DNA of 64,000 bases, from the NCBI GenBank assembly GCA_963753435.1, contig CAVWCF010000001.1, forward strand, positions 576,001 to 640,000, written 5' to 3'. The notes below the pieces were generated by a model. That model saw nothing but the letters and a program-made list of their open reading frames with translations. It did no database searches and had not been told where the DNA came from. Each line of letters starts with the position of its first letter. Position 1 is the stretch's first letter. A program made the translations under genes and the position numbers. Shown piece after piece: positions 21,643-31,197 of this stretch. This DNA is from an uncultured Actinomycetota bacterium. Lineage in GTDB: Bacteria; Actinomycetota; Actinomycetes; CAVWCF01.

Positions 21643-22998
21643 ATGACGTCCCCCGTCACCGGCGGTCCCGAAGTCCCTCAGGAACGCCGCCTCGTCACCG
21701 AGGTCCCCGGACCCAAGTCGCTCAGCCTCATGGAACGGCGCAATGCCGCCGTCTCAGCGGGTCTGGGCACGACCCTGCCGGTGTTCATCGAGCGGGCCGG
21801 CGGTGGCGTCCTCGTCGACGTGGACGGCAACTCGCTGATCGACATGGGTTCCGGGATAGCCGTGGTGAACGTCGGCAACGCCGCTGAGCACGTGGTGGCA
21901 AACGTGTCCGAGCAGGTGGCCGCTTTCACGCACACCTGTTTCATGGTCACGCCGTATGCGGGGTATGTGGAGGTTTGCGAAGCACTGAATCGACTGACCC
22001 CGGGAGACCATCAAAAGAAGTCTGCGCTGTTCAACTCAGGCGCGGAGGCCGTGGAGAACGCGGTGAAGATCGCTCGCGCCGCCACTGGTCGGCAGGCGAT
22101 CGTGGTCTTCGAGCATGCGTACCACGGCCGCACGAACCTGACGATGGCACTCACGGCCAAGGACATGCCCTACAAGCACTCTTTCGGCCCGTTCGCCGGT
22201 GAGGTGCACCGCATGCCGCTGGCGTACCCGTTCCGCTGGCCAACAGGTCCGGACAATTGCGCCAGCGAGGCGCTGGCGACCGTCATCAGCAAGATCGACA
22301 AGGAGGTCGGCGCCGACCAGGTAGCCGCCATCCTGATCGAGCCGATCGCCGGCGAGGGCGGTTTCGTGGTTCCGGCGCCTGGATTCCTGGCCGGCCTTGC
22401 CGATTATGCGCGCAGCAAGGGGATCGTGTTCGTCGCCGACGAGGTGCAGACCGGGTTCGCGCGCACCGGGCACATGTTCGCCTGCGAAGCCGAGGGCGTG
22501 GTCCCCGATCTGATCACCACCGCCAAGGGCATCGCCGGCGGCCTGCCGCTGGCGGCCGTGACCGGACGCGCCGAGCTGATGGACGCAGTGCACACCGGTG
22601 GGCTGGGCGGCACGTACGGCGGAAACCCGATCGCTTGCGCCGCCGCGCTTGGCGCCATTCGCACCATCGAGGAACTGGACCTGGTCGGGGCGGCCCAACG
22701 AATCGAATCGGTGATGACGCCGGCGCTGCGCGCCATGCAGGAGAAGTACCCGGTCATCGGGGACATCCGGGGTCGCGGAGCGATGATCGCCGTCGAACTG
22801 GTCCAGCCCGGCACTCTCGAGCCCGACCCGGCCACCGCAGCCGCAGTGGCCAAGGCGTGTCACGCCGAGGGTGTGCTCGTGCTGACCGCCGGGACGTACG
22901 GCAACGTCCTGCGTTTCCTGCCGCCGCTGGTGATGCCAGAGGACCTGCTGCGCGAAGCCCTGACGATCCTGGACAAGGCGTTCGCTACGGCCGCCTAG
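21643..22998 (+). CDS. gabT: 4-aminobutyrate--2-oxoglutarate transaminase (may also use 5-aminovalerate)
   Basis: FTHTCFMVTPY, NSGAEAVENAVKIAR, AYHGRT, EPIAGEGGF, DEVQTGFARTG, TAKGIAGG (PLP lysine). Confidence 0.95.
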   Translation: MTSPVTGGPEVPQERRLVTEVPGPKSLSLMERRNAAVSAGLGTTLPVFIERAGGGVLVDVDGNSLIDMGSGIAVVNVGNAAEHVVANVSEQVAAFTHTCFMVTPYAGYVEVCEALNRLTPGDHQKKSALFNSGAEAVENAVKIARAATGRQAIVVFEHAYHGRTNLTMALTAKDMPYKHSFGPFAGEVHRMPLAYPFRWPTGPDNCASEALATVISKIDKEVGADQVAAILIEPIAGEGGFVVPAPGFLAGLADYARSKGIVFVADEVQTGFARTGHMFACEAEGVVPDLITTAKGIAGGLPLAAVTGRAELMDAVHTGGLGGTYGGNPIACAAALGAIRTIEELDLVGAAQRIESVMTPALRAMQEKYPVIGDIRGRGAMIAVELVQPGTLEPDPATAAAVAKACHAEGVLVLTAGTYGNVLRFLPPLVMPEDLLREALTILDKAFATAA

Positions 22999-23002
22999 TG
23001 CG

Positions 23003-24220
23003 TCAGGGGGTCCGGTCCTCCATCCCCCACGGCGATCCGTAGGGGCCGGCAAGCAGTTCCAAGAAGGGCTTGGGTTCGAAAGCCTCCGGACCCAACACGC
23101 CGGCGCCGGTCCAGGATCCGTTCGCCAGCAACTCCAAAGCCACGATCGGGTTGATGGCGGTCTGCCAAACCACCGCCTGGGAGCCGTACTCGCGCATTGA
23201 CCATTCGTTGTCCACGACGTGGTAGTAGTACGTCGCCCTGGGGTTGCCCTGCTTGTCCAACCCCGTGACGTACAGGCCCGCACAGGTCTTGCCACTCATC
23301 ACGTCGCCCAGCCCGGCCGGGTCCGGCAGGCAGGCGGCCACAACGTCTCGAGGGCTGACCTCGACACCGCCGACGCGGACCTTCTCGGTGCGATCCAATC
23401 CCAACTTGTGCAGCGTCTTGAGCACGTCGATGAACTCATCGCCGAGCCCGTACTTGAAGGTGGCGCGCTGAACGTCCACCCAACGGGGAATCAGCAGCAC
23501 TTCCTCGTGCTCGACGTTCACACACTCAACCGGACCGATTCCTTCTGGGAACTCGAACACCTCCGGCTCGCTGAAGGGAGCCGTGGTGAACCACCCGCGG
23601 TCCTTCTCGTAGATCACCGGGGGGTTCAGGCACTCCTCGATCGTGGTCCAGATGGAGAACGAGGGCGCGAAGTCGTAGCCGGAGACCACCAAGTTCGAAC
23701 CGTCCCGCACTCCAGCCTCGTGAATGACCGAGAAGTGCTCGTCCGCCGCATACCGGGCGAACACGTCGGCCAGACCCGGCTCGATGCCGATCCCGGCCAG
23801 CGCGAGCCGACCTGCGGCCTCCCACTCAGCGGCCTTGGCGAACTGCTCGTCGCCCAACTTCACCCCGCACTCGGAGTAAGGCTGCTGCGGATGCGGCCTC
23901 GATAGCGACATGGCCATGTCGAGGTAGTCCGCGCCAGCGGCGAACGCACCATCGAATATGGGCATTACGAACCTCGGGTCGACCGCGTTGAGCACGTGCG
24001 TGATCCGCTCTTGACGACACAGCGCTGCCACCGCATCGGCGTCGGATGCGTCCACCTGTGCGGCCTGGAACCGGGCATCGTCAGCCACCTGGGCTACGGC
24101 TCGCTCCGCTCGCGCCAGGTCGTAGTCGGCCACCACGATCGCCTCGAAGAAGTCCCGTCGGGCGGCGATCGGCACCGCAGCCGAACCGACTCCCCCGGCG
24201 CCAACCATCAGGATTCGCAT
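23003..24220 (-). CDS. Saccharopine dehydrogenase / carboxy(nor)spermidine dehydrogenase family oxidoreductase
   Basis: Rossmann VGAGGVG, YLDMA, GIGIEPG, VEHEEV. Exact substrate unknown. Confidence 0.8.
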   Translation of the reverse strand: MRILMVGAGGVGSAAVPIAARRDFFEAIVVADYDLARAERAVAQVADDARFQAAQVDASDADAVAALCRQERITHVLNAVDPRFVMPIFDGAFAAGADYLDMAMSLSRPHPQQPYSECGVKLGDEQFAKAAEWEAAGRLALAGIGIEPGLADVFARYAADEHFSVIHEAGVRDGSNLVVSGYDFAPSFSIWTTIEECLNPPVIYEKDRGWFTTAPFSEPEVFEFPEGIGPVECVNVEHEEVLLIPRWVDVQRATFKYGLGDEFIDVLKTLHKLGLDRTEKVRVGGVEVSPRDVVAACLPDPAGLGDVMSGKTCAGLYVTGLDKQGNPRATYYYHVVDNEWSMREYGSQAVVWQTAINPIVALELLANGSWTGAGVLGPEAFEPKPFLELLAGPYGSPWGMEDRTP

Positions 24221-24260
24221 ACCCACTCCTTAACTTCTTGGGATGTACGTGGCATCTGTA

Positions 24261-25274
24261 CTAGTCCCGATCTGCCAACAACGGCTGAGTCGGATCCCAG
24301 GCCGGCCCACCGGCGGCAACTGCCCGGCGCCGAGCGATCCCGCTCAGCGCCTCCAGGCACACCCGGTTGGCCAGGGCCGCGGTGATGTCGGCGTGATCGA
24401 AAGGCGGCGACACCTCAACCACGTCCAGCCCCACGACGGGTAGCTCGTAGGCGATCCGACGCACGGCATCAAGCAACTGCCTCGCGGTCAGTCCACCGGG
24501 TTCGGGCGTGCCCGTTCCCGGCGCGTGACCGGGGTCGCAGACATCGATGTCGACCGACAGGAAGACTCCGTCGCAGTCATCCGTGGCGATCGCGAACGCT
24601 TCGGACAGGCACTCGTCGAGCCCGCGGGAGACGATCTCGGTCATCTCGTACGAGCGCATCCCCTGCTCGGCCATCCACTGCAGCACTTCCGGCCCGGGCC
24701 AGTAGCCGCGTAGACCGATCTGCAGGAATCGGTCGCCGCGCACGGCGCCTGACTCGATGAGTCGCCGCATCGGCTGACCATGACCGATCAGGGAGCCGAA
24801 CTCGATGTCGCCGGTGTCGGCGTGAGCGTCGAAGTGGATGACGCTGACCCGGCCCCACCCGACACTGCGGGCGACAGCGGTGGCGTTCGGCCACGTGACC
24901 GTGTGGTCGCCACCGAGGATCAACGGGATCGCGCCCGCTTCGACCACCTTGCCCACGGCTGCTTCGAGGTCCCGCACGGAGCGCGCCGCGTCACCACTGA
25001 ACAACTCCACATCGCCGGCATCGCGAACGTCGAGGTCACGAAGCCCGTCCACGCGCAACGCGAGGCTCGGCCTTGACGAGTCGTGCGCCAGGTAGTCGGT
25101 GATGCGGATCGCCTGAGGCCCGAATCGCGCCCCAGAGCGGTAGGAGGTTCCGCCGTCGAATGGCGCCCCCACCACCACCACGTCCGCGCCGGCCATGGTG
25201 TCGTCATCCAGGGCGCACCGCTCAACCCCCAGGAACGTGACGTCGGGGCCGTACTGACCTCCGTAGCGCGCCAT
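24261..25274 (-). CDS. speB: Agmatinase-like ureohydrolase (agmatinase or guanidinobutyrase)
   Basis: GARFGPQAIR, GGDH, HFDAHAD, SVDIDVCDPGHAPGTGTP Mn-binding motifs. Confidence 0.85.
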   Translation of the reverse strand: MARYGGQYGPDVTFLGVERCALDDDTMAGADVVVVGAPFDGGTSYRSGARFGPQAIRITDYLAHDSSRPSLALRVDGLRDLDVRDAGDVELFSGDAARSVRDLEAAVGKVVEAGAIPLILGGDHTVTWPNATAVARSVGWGRVSVIHFDAHADTGDIEFGSLIGHGQPMRRLIESGAVRGDRFLQIGLRGYWPGPEVLQWMAEQGMRSYEMTEIVSRGLDECLSEAFAIATDDCDGVFLSVDIDVCDPGHAPGTGTPEPGGLTARQLLDAVRRIAYELPVVGLDVVEVSPPFDHADITAALANRVCLEALSGIARRRAVAAGGPAWDPTQPLLADRD

Positions 25275-25280
25275 GTCGAA

Positions 25281-26774
25281 CTAGTGGTGAGTCGGGAAGC
25301 CGAGGTTGATCCCGCCGTGGCTGGGATCCAGCCACCTGCTGGTGACCACCTTGCCGCGCGTAAAGAAGTGCACTCCCTCGATGCCGTGTGCGTGCGTGTC
25401 TCCAAACAGCGATGACTTCCATCCCCCGAACGAGTAGTAGGCCATGGGGACCGGGATGGGAACGTTGATGCCGACCATGCCGACCTCTACCTCGTGCTGG
25501 TAGCGCCGAGCCGCGCCGCCGTCGTTGGTGAAGATGGCGGTTCCGTTGCCGTAGGGATGGGAGTTGACCATCTCCAAGGCGGACTCGTAGCTGTCGGTAC
25601 GCACCACCGAAAGCACCGGACCGAAGATCTCATCGGAGTAGACGGACATGTCCGTGGTCACGTGGTCGAAGAGCGTGGGGCCGAGCCAGAACCCCTCGGG
25701 GGCCCCGTCGATGGTGACCTCACGGCCGTCCACGGCCAGCGTCGCCCCCGATGCCACACCCGCATCCAGGTAACTGGCGACCTTGTCCCGGTGCGCCTCG
25801 GTGACCAACGGCCCCATGTCGCAAGCCCGACGTCCGTCGCCGGTCTTCAGCGTCGCCATCCGCTCAGAGATCTTGGCGACGAGTTCGTCCCCGACCGGGT
25901 CCACAGCCACCACGACCGAGATGGCCATGCAGCGCTCCCCCGCCGAGCCGAACCCGGCGTTCACCGCAGCATCAGCGGCCAGATCGAGGTCGGCATCAGG
26001 CAGCACGACCATGTGGTTCTTCGCGCCGCCAAGCGCCTGCACGCGTTTGCCATGGGCCGTGCCGGTCTCGTAGACGTACCGGGCGATCGGCGTCGAACCC
26101 ACGAACGAGGCCGAGCGAACGTCGGGGTGAGTCAACAAACCGTCGACCGCAACCTTGTCCCCGTGGAGGACGTTGAAGACGCCGTCCGGCAGACCGGCTT
26201 CAGCCCAAAGCTGCGCGATGTACATCGACGCGCTCGGGTCCTTCTCGCTCGGCTTGACCACAACGGAGTTCCCGGTCGCGATGGCGATCGGGTAGAACCA
26301 CATTGGGACCATGGCCGGGAAGTTGAACGGGCTGATGATCGCGGCGACGCCGAGGGGCTGTCGGATGGAGTAGGAGTCGACTCCCGTTGACACCTGCTCG
26401 CTGAAGCCACCCTTGAGCAGGTGTGGGATACCGCAGGCGAACTCGACCACCTCTTGTCCGCGCGTCACCTCGCCTAATGCATCCGAGAGCACCTTGCCGT
26501 GCTCGGCGGTGATGAGTGCGGCGATGTCCTCCTTGCGGGCGTTGAGCAGCTCCCGGAATGCGAACAGGATCTGCGTGCGCCGCGTGAGCGAAACGTGCCG
26601 CCACTCTTCGAACGCCGCCTTGGCCGAGGCCACCGCCTCATCAACGACCGCTCCGGATGCGAAGTCGACCTCGGCGGTCACCTGGCCCGTGGCCGGGTCG
26701 TAAACAGGCCCAACGCGCTCAGCAGTGCCGCCGTACGGCTTGCCGCCGATCCAATGGGTGATTCGATCGCTCAT
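25281..26774 (-). CDS. mmsA: CoA-acylating (methyl)malonate-semialdehyde dehydrogenase
   Basis: PFNFPAMVPMW, KPSEKDP, FVGSTPIA, GGAKNH, AGERCMA, GINVPIPVP. Start reset to ATG 26774. Confidence 0.93.
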   Translation of the reverse strand: MSDRITHWIGGKPYGGTAERVGPVYDPATGQVTAEVDFASGAVVDEAVASAKAAFEEWRHVSLTRRTQILFAFRELLNARKEDIAALITAEHGKVLSDALGEVTRGQEVVEFACGIPHLLKGGFSEQVSTGVDSYSIRQPLGVAAIISPFNFPAMVPMWFYPIAIATGNSVVVKPSEKDPSASMYIAQLWAEAGLPDGVFNVLHGDKVAVDGLLTHPDVRSASFVGSTPIARYVYETGTAHGKRVQALGGAKNHMVVLPDADLDLAADAAVNAGFGSAGERCMAISVVVAVDPVGDELVAKISERMATLKTGDGRRACDMGPLVTEAHRDKVASYLDAGVASGATLAVDGREVTIDGAPEGFWLGPTLFDHVTTDMSVYSDEIFGPVLSVVRTDSYESALEMVNSHPYGNGTAIFTNDGGAARRYQHEVEVGMVGINVPIPVPMAYYSFGGWKSSLFGDTHAHGIEGVHFFTRGKVVTSRWLDPSHGGINLGFPTHH

Positions 26775-26805
26775 GTCATCGCCTTTCGTGGGCCGTTTGC
26801 ATCTG

Positions 26806-28215
26806 CTAGGAGTCGAAGCCGAGGCCGAGTCGGTCCAGGCCGCGCAGCCATACGTTGCGACGACCGCCATCCCGGTCAGCACGGTCCAACGACCAGCGGG
26901 TCAACTGCACTCCTGGGTAACGAATGGGTTCCGGCGGGAACGGCATCGGCAGCGTTCGCACCATTTCCAGTTGTGTCAACTCCGTCGCCTTGCCGGAGAC
27001 CAGGTCCAACGCCACTCGAGCGCCGAAGCGGCTGGCCCCGACACCCAGACCGGTGAACCCAGCCACATGTGCGAGGCGGCCGCCGTAGGCCCGGCCGAAG
27101 AACATGGAGAACCGCGAGCATGTGTCAATGGCTCCGCCCCAAGAGTGGGTGAAGTTGAGTCCGGCCAACTGCGGGAACGTCTCGAAGAACTGCTGGGCCA
27201 GCAAGTGGAAGGTCTCGGGCCGCTGATCGTGCACGGAGGAAACCCGACCGCCGAAGTTGTAGACCGCCTCGTAGCCGCCCCAGAGGATGCGGTCGTCCTC
27301 AGTGAGCCGGTAGTAGTGGAACTGGTTGGCCGAATCCGCCAGCCCCTGTCGGGACTCCCACCCGATCGCATCCTTCTGCTGGGTCGACAGCGGTTCGGTG
27401 ACGAGCACGTAGTCGTAGACAGGGATCACGAACGGACGGAAGCGCCGCACCGGGCTGCGGAAAGCGCTGGTCGCCGTGATCACCGAATCCGTAGCGACGT
27501 CACCACGGTCGGTGCGTACGACAAGTCGCGATCCTTCGCTGGCGATGGCGCGCACCGGGCTGCGTTCGAAGACCTCAACGCCGCTCTGCTGACACGCCTG
27601 CAGCAACCCCCAGGCCAACCGAGCCGGATTGACCATCACGACTCCGGTTCGGTCCCAAAGCCCGGCCAAGTACGTCGGCGAATGGACCTCTTTGCGGACT
27701 TGCTGGGTGTCCAGGAAGTCGACTTCAGACCCGTGCTGGCGCAGCAGTTGGGCGTGCTGCTCCAGATCGGCGACCTGCCAGGCCTCGGTGGCCACGGTCA
27801 ATTCCCCAGTGGCCTCCAAGCCGCAGTCGATGCCGTACCGCTCGACGGCGGTCACGATGCCGGCGAGGTTGTCCGCCCCCAACCGCTGCAGCGTGTCGAT
27901 CTCATCGGCGAAGCGCTCGACCCCGTTCGGGAGTCCGTGGGTGAGGCTGGCAGCCACGAAACCACCGTTGCGTCCGGTCGCCGCCCAGGCCACCCGAGCC
28001 CCCTCGAGCAGCACCACCCGTCGGGCCGGATCGGCCTCCTTGGCCTGCAGTGCCGCCCACAGCCCGGTGAAGCCACCGCCGACTACGACCAGATCGGCCT
28101 GATTGGCGCCGCGCAGGGGCGGCAGCACCGCCGGACGGTGCGGATCATCCAGCCAGAAGGGAACCGGGTTGGTGTCCCCAAGGGCGGAGGCCAGTTGCTG
28201 TTGATTCACACTCAC
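26806..28215 (-). CDS. FAD-dependent oxidoreductase (DAO/PuuB-OrdL-like amine oxidase)
   Basis: DLVVVGGGFTGLWAA, AATGRNGGF, YYRLTEDDRILWGG, GFTGLGVGASR. GTG start at 28215 overlaps the potC stop (GTGA). Confidence 0.88.
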   Translation of the reverse strand: MSVNQQQLASALGDTNPVPFWLDDPHRPAVLPPLRGANQADLVVVGGGFTGLWAALQAKEADPARRVVLLEGARVAWAATGRNGGFVAASLTHGLPNGVERFADEIDTLQRLGADNLAGIVTAVERYGIDCGLEATGELTVATEAWQVADLEQHAQLLRQHGSEVDFLDTQQVRKEVHSPTYLAGLWDRTGVVMVNPARLAWGLLQACQQSGVEVFERSPVRAIASEGSRLVVRTDRGDVATDSVITATSAFRSPVRRFRPFVIPVYDYVLVTEPLSTQQKDAIGWESRQGLADSANQFHYYRLTEDDRILWGGYEAVYNFGGRVSSVHDQRPETFHLLAQQFFETFPQLAGLNFTHSWGGAIDTCSRFSMFFGRAYGGRLAHVAGFTGLGVGASRFGARVALDLVSGKATELTQLEMVRTLPMPFPPEPIRYPGVQLTRWSLDRADRDGGRRNVWLRGLDRLGLGFDS

Positions 28216-29093
28216 CGCCCGCGGCTTCGCCGCCTGCTCACCACCTGACCCAGAACGACCAGCAAAAGGGCAACCCCGAACATCAGCGAACCAATGACGT
28301 TCACCTGAGGTGGGATGCCTCGCTGGGCAGCGCCCCATACGTACATGGGGAAGGTGACGGTCTGGCCGGAGTTGAAGTTCGTGATGATGAAGTCGTCGAA
28401 ACTCAGCGCGAACGCAAGTGCGGCGGCGGCGGCGATCCCGGGGAAGACCAGCGGCAGAGTGATCCGCCGGAAGGTTTGCCACTCGTTCGCGTAGAGATCC
28501 ATGGCGGCCTGTTCAAGTCGCGGGTCCAGACCCGCCAGGCGCGCCTTTACCGTGACGACGACGAAGCTGATGCAGAACATGATGTGCGCGATCAGGATCG
28601 TGCCGAAGCCGAGGTTGAAGTTCAGGTTCAGGAACAGCGCGAGCAGCGACGCACCGAGGACGACCTCCGGTGTGGCCATCGGCAGGAAGATCAGCAGGTT
28701 CGTCGACTCCCGGCCGCGGAACTTGTGCCGCACCAAGGCGAACGAGATGAGGGCGCCGAGGATCGTCGAGAACAGCATCGTGATGAACGCCAGGCGCAGA
28801 CTCACGCCGACCGCGTTACAGATCGTCGGGTCGCGACAGATGTTCAACCAGGCGTCGAAGGAGAACTGGTTCCAGGTGATGTTCTGCCGACCCGCCGGCT
28901 TGTTGAACGAGAACGCGATGACGTAGGCCACCGGAAGGAACATGTAGGCCAGCGCCAGCACCGAGTAGAAGGCCAGCAGGCGCCGCCGCAGCCATCGGGA
29001 CGCGCGGTACCAGGCCGAAGGCGGCGTCACCGGTAGATCCGGCGGCGGGGGTGCCGCTGACGTAGCCGAGCCGCTGAGCGTGGGAGTCGCCAT
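28212..29093 (-). CDS. potC: Polyamine ABC transporter permease (PotC-like)
   Basis: Hydrophobic helices, LEQAAMDLYA EAA loop, FALSFDDF. Confidence 0.9.
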   Translation of the reverse strand: MATPTLSGSATSAAPPPPDLPVTPPSAWYRASRWLRRRLLAFYSVLALAYMFLPVAYVIAFSFNKPAGRQNITWNQFSFDAWLNICRDPTICNAVGVSLRLAFITMLFSTILGALISFALVRHKFRGRESTNLLIFLPMATPEVVLGASLLALFLNLNFNLGFGTILIAHIMFCISFVVVTVKARLAGLDPRLEQAAMDLYANEWQTFRRITLPLVFPGIAAAAALAFALSFDDFIITNFNSGQTVTFPMYVWGAAQRGIPPQVNVIGSLMFGVALLLVVLGQVVSRRRSRGR

Positions 29094-29995
29094 CAGACCA
29101 GGTCCTCCGTTCCAGCCCGGCGGATGTAGAGGAACACCAGAACCAGGATGGTGAACATCAGGATGAACGACAACGCCGAGGCCAACGGGTAGTTACGAAC
29201 GCTGACGAACTGCGCCTGGATGACGTTGCCGATCATCGTGGTGCGTGGACTGCCGAGCAGCGTGGACGAGATGTAGTCGCCCGCCGCCGGGATGAACGTG
29301 AGCAGCGTCCCGGCGATTACTCCCGGCATGGACAGCGGCAGCGTCACCTTGCGGAAGCCGGTGAAGGGCCGGGAGTAGAGGTCACCGGCCGCCTCGATGA
29401 GTCTTGGGTCGATCCGGTCCAGGGCCGCATACAGCGGCAGGATCATGAACGGCAGGAAGTTGTAGGTGATGCCAGTCACGACCGCGAGCCACGTGGACAA
29501 CACCGTGATGTCGGCCCCCGGCCAGAACGAGTTGAACGTGCTCAGGAACCAGCCCTCGTCAGCCAGAATCGACTTCCACGCGTTCGTACGGACCAGGAAC
29601 GACGTGAAGAACGGCGCAACAATCAGGATCAGCATCAGGTTCCGCCAGCGGCCTGCCCGGAACGCGATGAAGTAGGCCAACGGGTAGGAGATCAGCAGTG
29701 CGAGGACGGTCGCCGTCCCGGCGTACAAGAAGGAACGGGTGAACTGCGGCAGGTACGTCGTGATCGCATCGACGTAGTTGGAGACCTCGAATCCAGGGAC
29801 ATAGCCGGGACCATCGGGGTTGGGCGCCTGCAACGAGGTCGCGAACAGGGACAGCAACGGCACGGCGAAGAAGACGAACAGCCATGCCATGCCTGGCAAC
29901 AGCAGCAGGTAGGGAGTCCACCGGCGCCGGCCAACCGGCGTGGCCTCCGAACTGCCGGTTTGGACGAGGCCCGCGTCGGGCACCACGGCCGGCAT
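29093..29995 (-). CDS. potB: Polyamine ABC transporter permease (PotB-like)
   Basis: PFFTSFLVRT, YNFLPFMILPLY, LIEAAGDL, LTFIPAAGDY. Confidence 0.9.
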   Translation of the reverse strand: MPAVVPDAGLVQTGSSEATPVGRRRWTPYLLLLPGMAWLFVFFAVPLLSLFATSLQAPNPDGPGYVPGFEVSNYVDAITTYLPQFTRSFLYAGTATVLALLISYPLAYFIAFRAGRWRNLMLILIVAPFFTSFLVRTNAWKSILADEGWFLSTFNSFWPGADITVLSTWLAVVTGITYNFLPFMILPLYAALDRIDPRLIEAAGDLYSRPFTGFRKVTLPLSMPGVIAGTLLTFIPAAGDYISSTLLGSPRTTMIGNVIQAQFVSVRNYPLASALSFILMFTILVLVFLYIRRAGTEDLV

Positions 29996-29998
29996 TGC

Positions 29999-31183
29999 TC
30001 AGCCCCCGACCGCGGTCTCGGCGATGCGACCTGTCGCGATCTCCACTACGTCGGAGTCCAGTCCCGCCTCGATTCCCTGCGATGCGTCCAGACCGAAGCT
30101 GTGGATCGGATCCCACACCAACTCAACCCGATCACCGCGACGAATCGGATCCTCCATGTGCAGGTTCTGTTCGAAGCACTGGTACTCCGCGCCCCAGTTC
30201 GCGCGGATCAGGAACTGCGTGCTCAGGCCGGTGAACGAGGCATCGGTGACCACCCCTTCGACTCGGTTCAAGCCCGACTCCCCACCCGCGTCGGAAAGCC
30301 GCCGGATTCGGGTCTTCTCCGGCCGAACACCGAGGACCACTTCGGGCCCATCCGTTGCCGAGCGCTGCTTGGGCAATGCCCACCGCTGCCCGAAGCCCTC
30401 AACCACCAAGTTGTCCGAGTCCGAGGTGACCACTGTCGCCGGAATGAGGTTGCTCTGGCCCAGGAAGTTGGCGACGAAGACCGTCGCCGGGCGGTCGTAG
30501 ATCTCCGCCGGCGCACCCATCTGCTCGATGCGGCCGTGGTTCATGACGGCGACGGTGTCGGCCATCGTCATGGCCTCTTCCTGGTCGTGCGTGACATGGA
30601 TGAAGGTGATCCCGACCTCCACCTGGATGCTCTTCAACTCGATCTGCATCTGCCTGCGCAGTTTGAGGTCCAGCGCGCCAAGCGGTTCGTCGAGCAGAAG
30701 CACATCGGGTTGGTTGATCAGGGCCCTGGCCAGCGCAACGCGCTGCTGCTGGCCTCCGGACAACTGTGCCGGCTTGCGCCGGGACATCTGTTCCAGTTCC
30801 ACGAGGGCCAACATCTGTTGGACCTGCTCGTCAACGTCCTTCTTGCCACGCCGACGCAGTCCGAATGCCACGTTCTCAAAGATGTCCATGTGCGGGAACA
30901 GCGCGTAAGACTGGAAGACCGTGTTCACCGGGCGCTCATAGGGGCGCTTCGTGGTCACGTCGTTCTCGCCGATCAGCACGGAGCCAGCTGTTGGCTCCTC
31001 CAACCCGGCGACCATTCGCAGCGTCGTGGTCTTGCCGCAACCGCTAGGTCCCAGAAGCGCGAAGAAGCTGCCCGCCGGAAAGGTGAGGTTGAGGTCATCG
31101 ACCGCCTTGGCCTCACCGAACTGCTTGGTGAGGTGAATCAGATGGAGGTCTTCGACCTCACGACGGATCTGGTCTTGCGTCAC
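29999..31183 (-). CDS. potA: Polyamine ABC transporter ATP-binding protein (PotA-like)
   Basis: GPSGCGKTT, VFQSYALFPH, LSGGQQQRVALARAL, LLLDEPLGALDLKLR. Start reset to GTG 31183 with GGGAGG SD. Confidence 0.93.
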   Translation of the reverse strand: MTQDQIRREVEDLHLIHLTKQFGEAKAVDDLNLTFPAGSFFALLGPSGCGKTTTLRMVAGLEEPTAGSVLIGENDVTTKRPYERPVNTVFQSYALFPHMDIFENVAFGLRRRGKKDVDEQVQQMLALVELEQMSRRKPAQLSGGQQQRVALARALINQPDVLLLDEPLGALDLKLRRQMQIELKSIQVEVGITFIHVTHDQEEAMTMADTVAVMNHGRIEQMGAPAEIYDRPATVFVANFLGQSNLIPATVVTSDSDNLVVEGFGQRWALPKQRSATDGPEVVLGVRPEKTRIRRLSDAGGESGLNRVEGVVTDASFTGLSTQFLIRANWGAEYQCFEQNLHMEDPIRRGDRVELVWDPIHSFGLDASQGIEAGLDSDVVEIATGRIAETAVGG

Positions 31184-31197
31184 TTCGTCCTCCCGGC

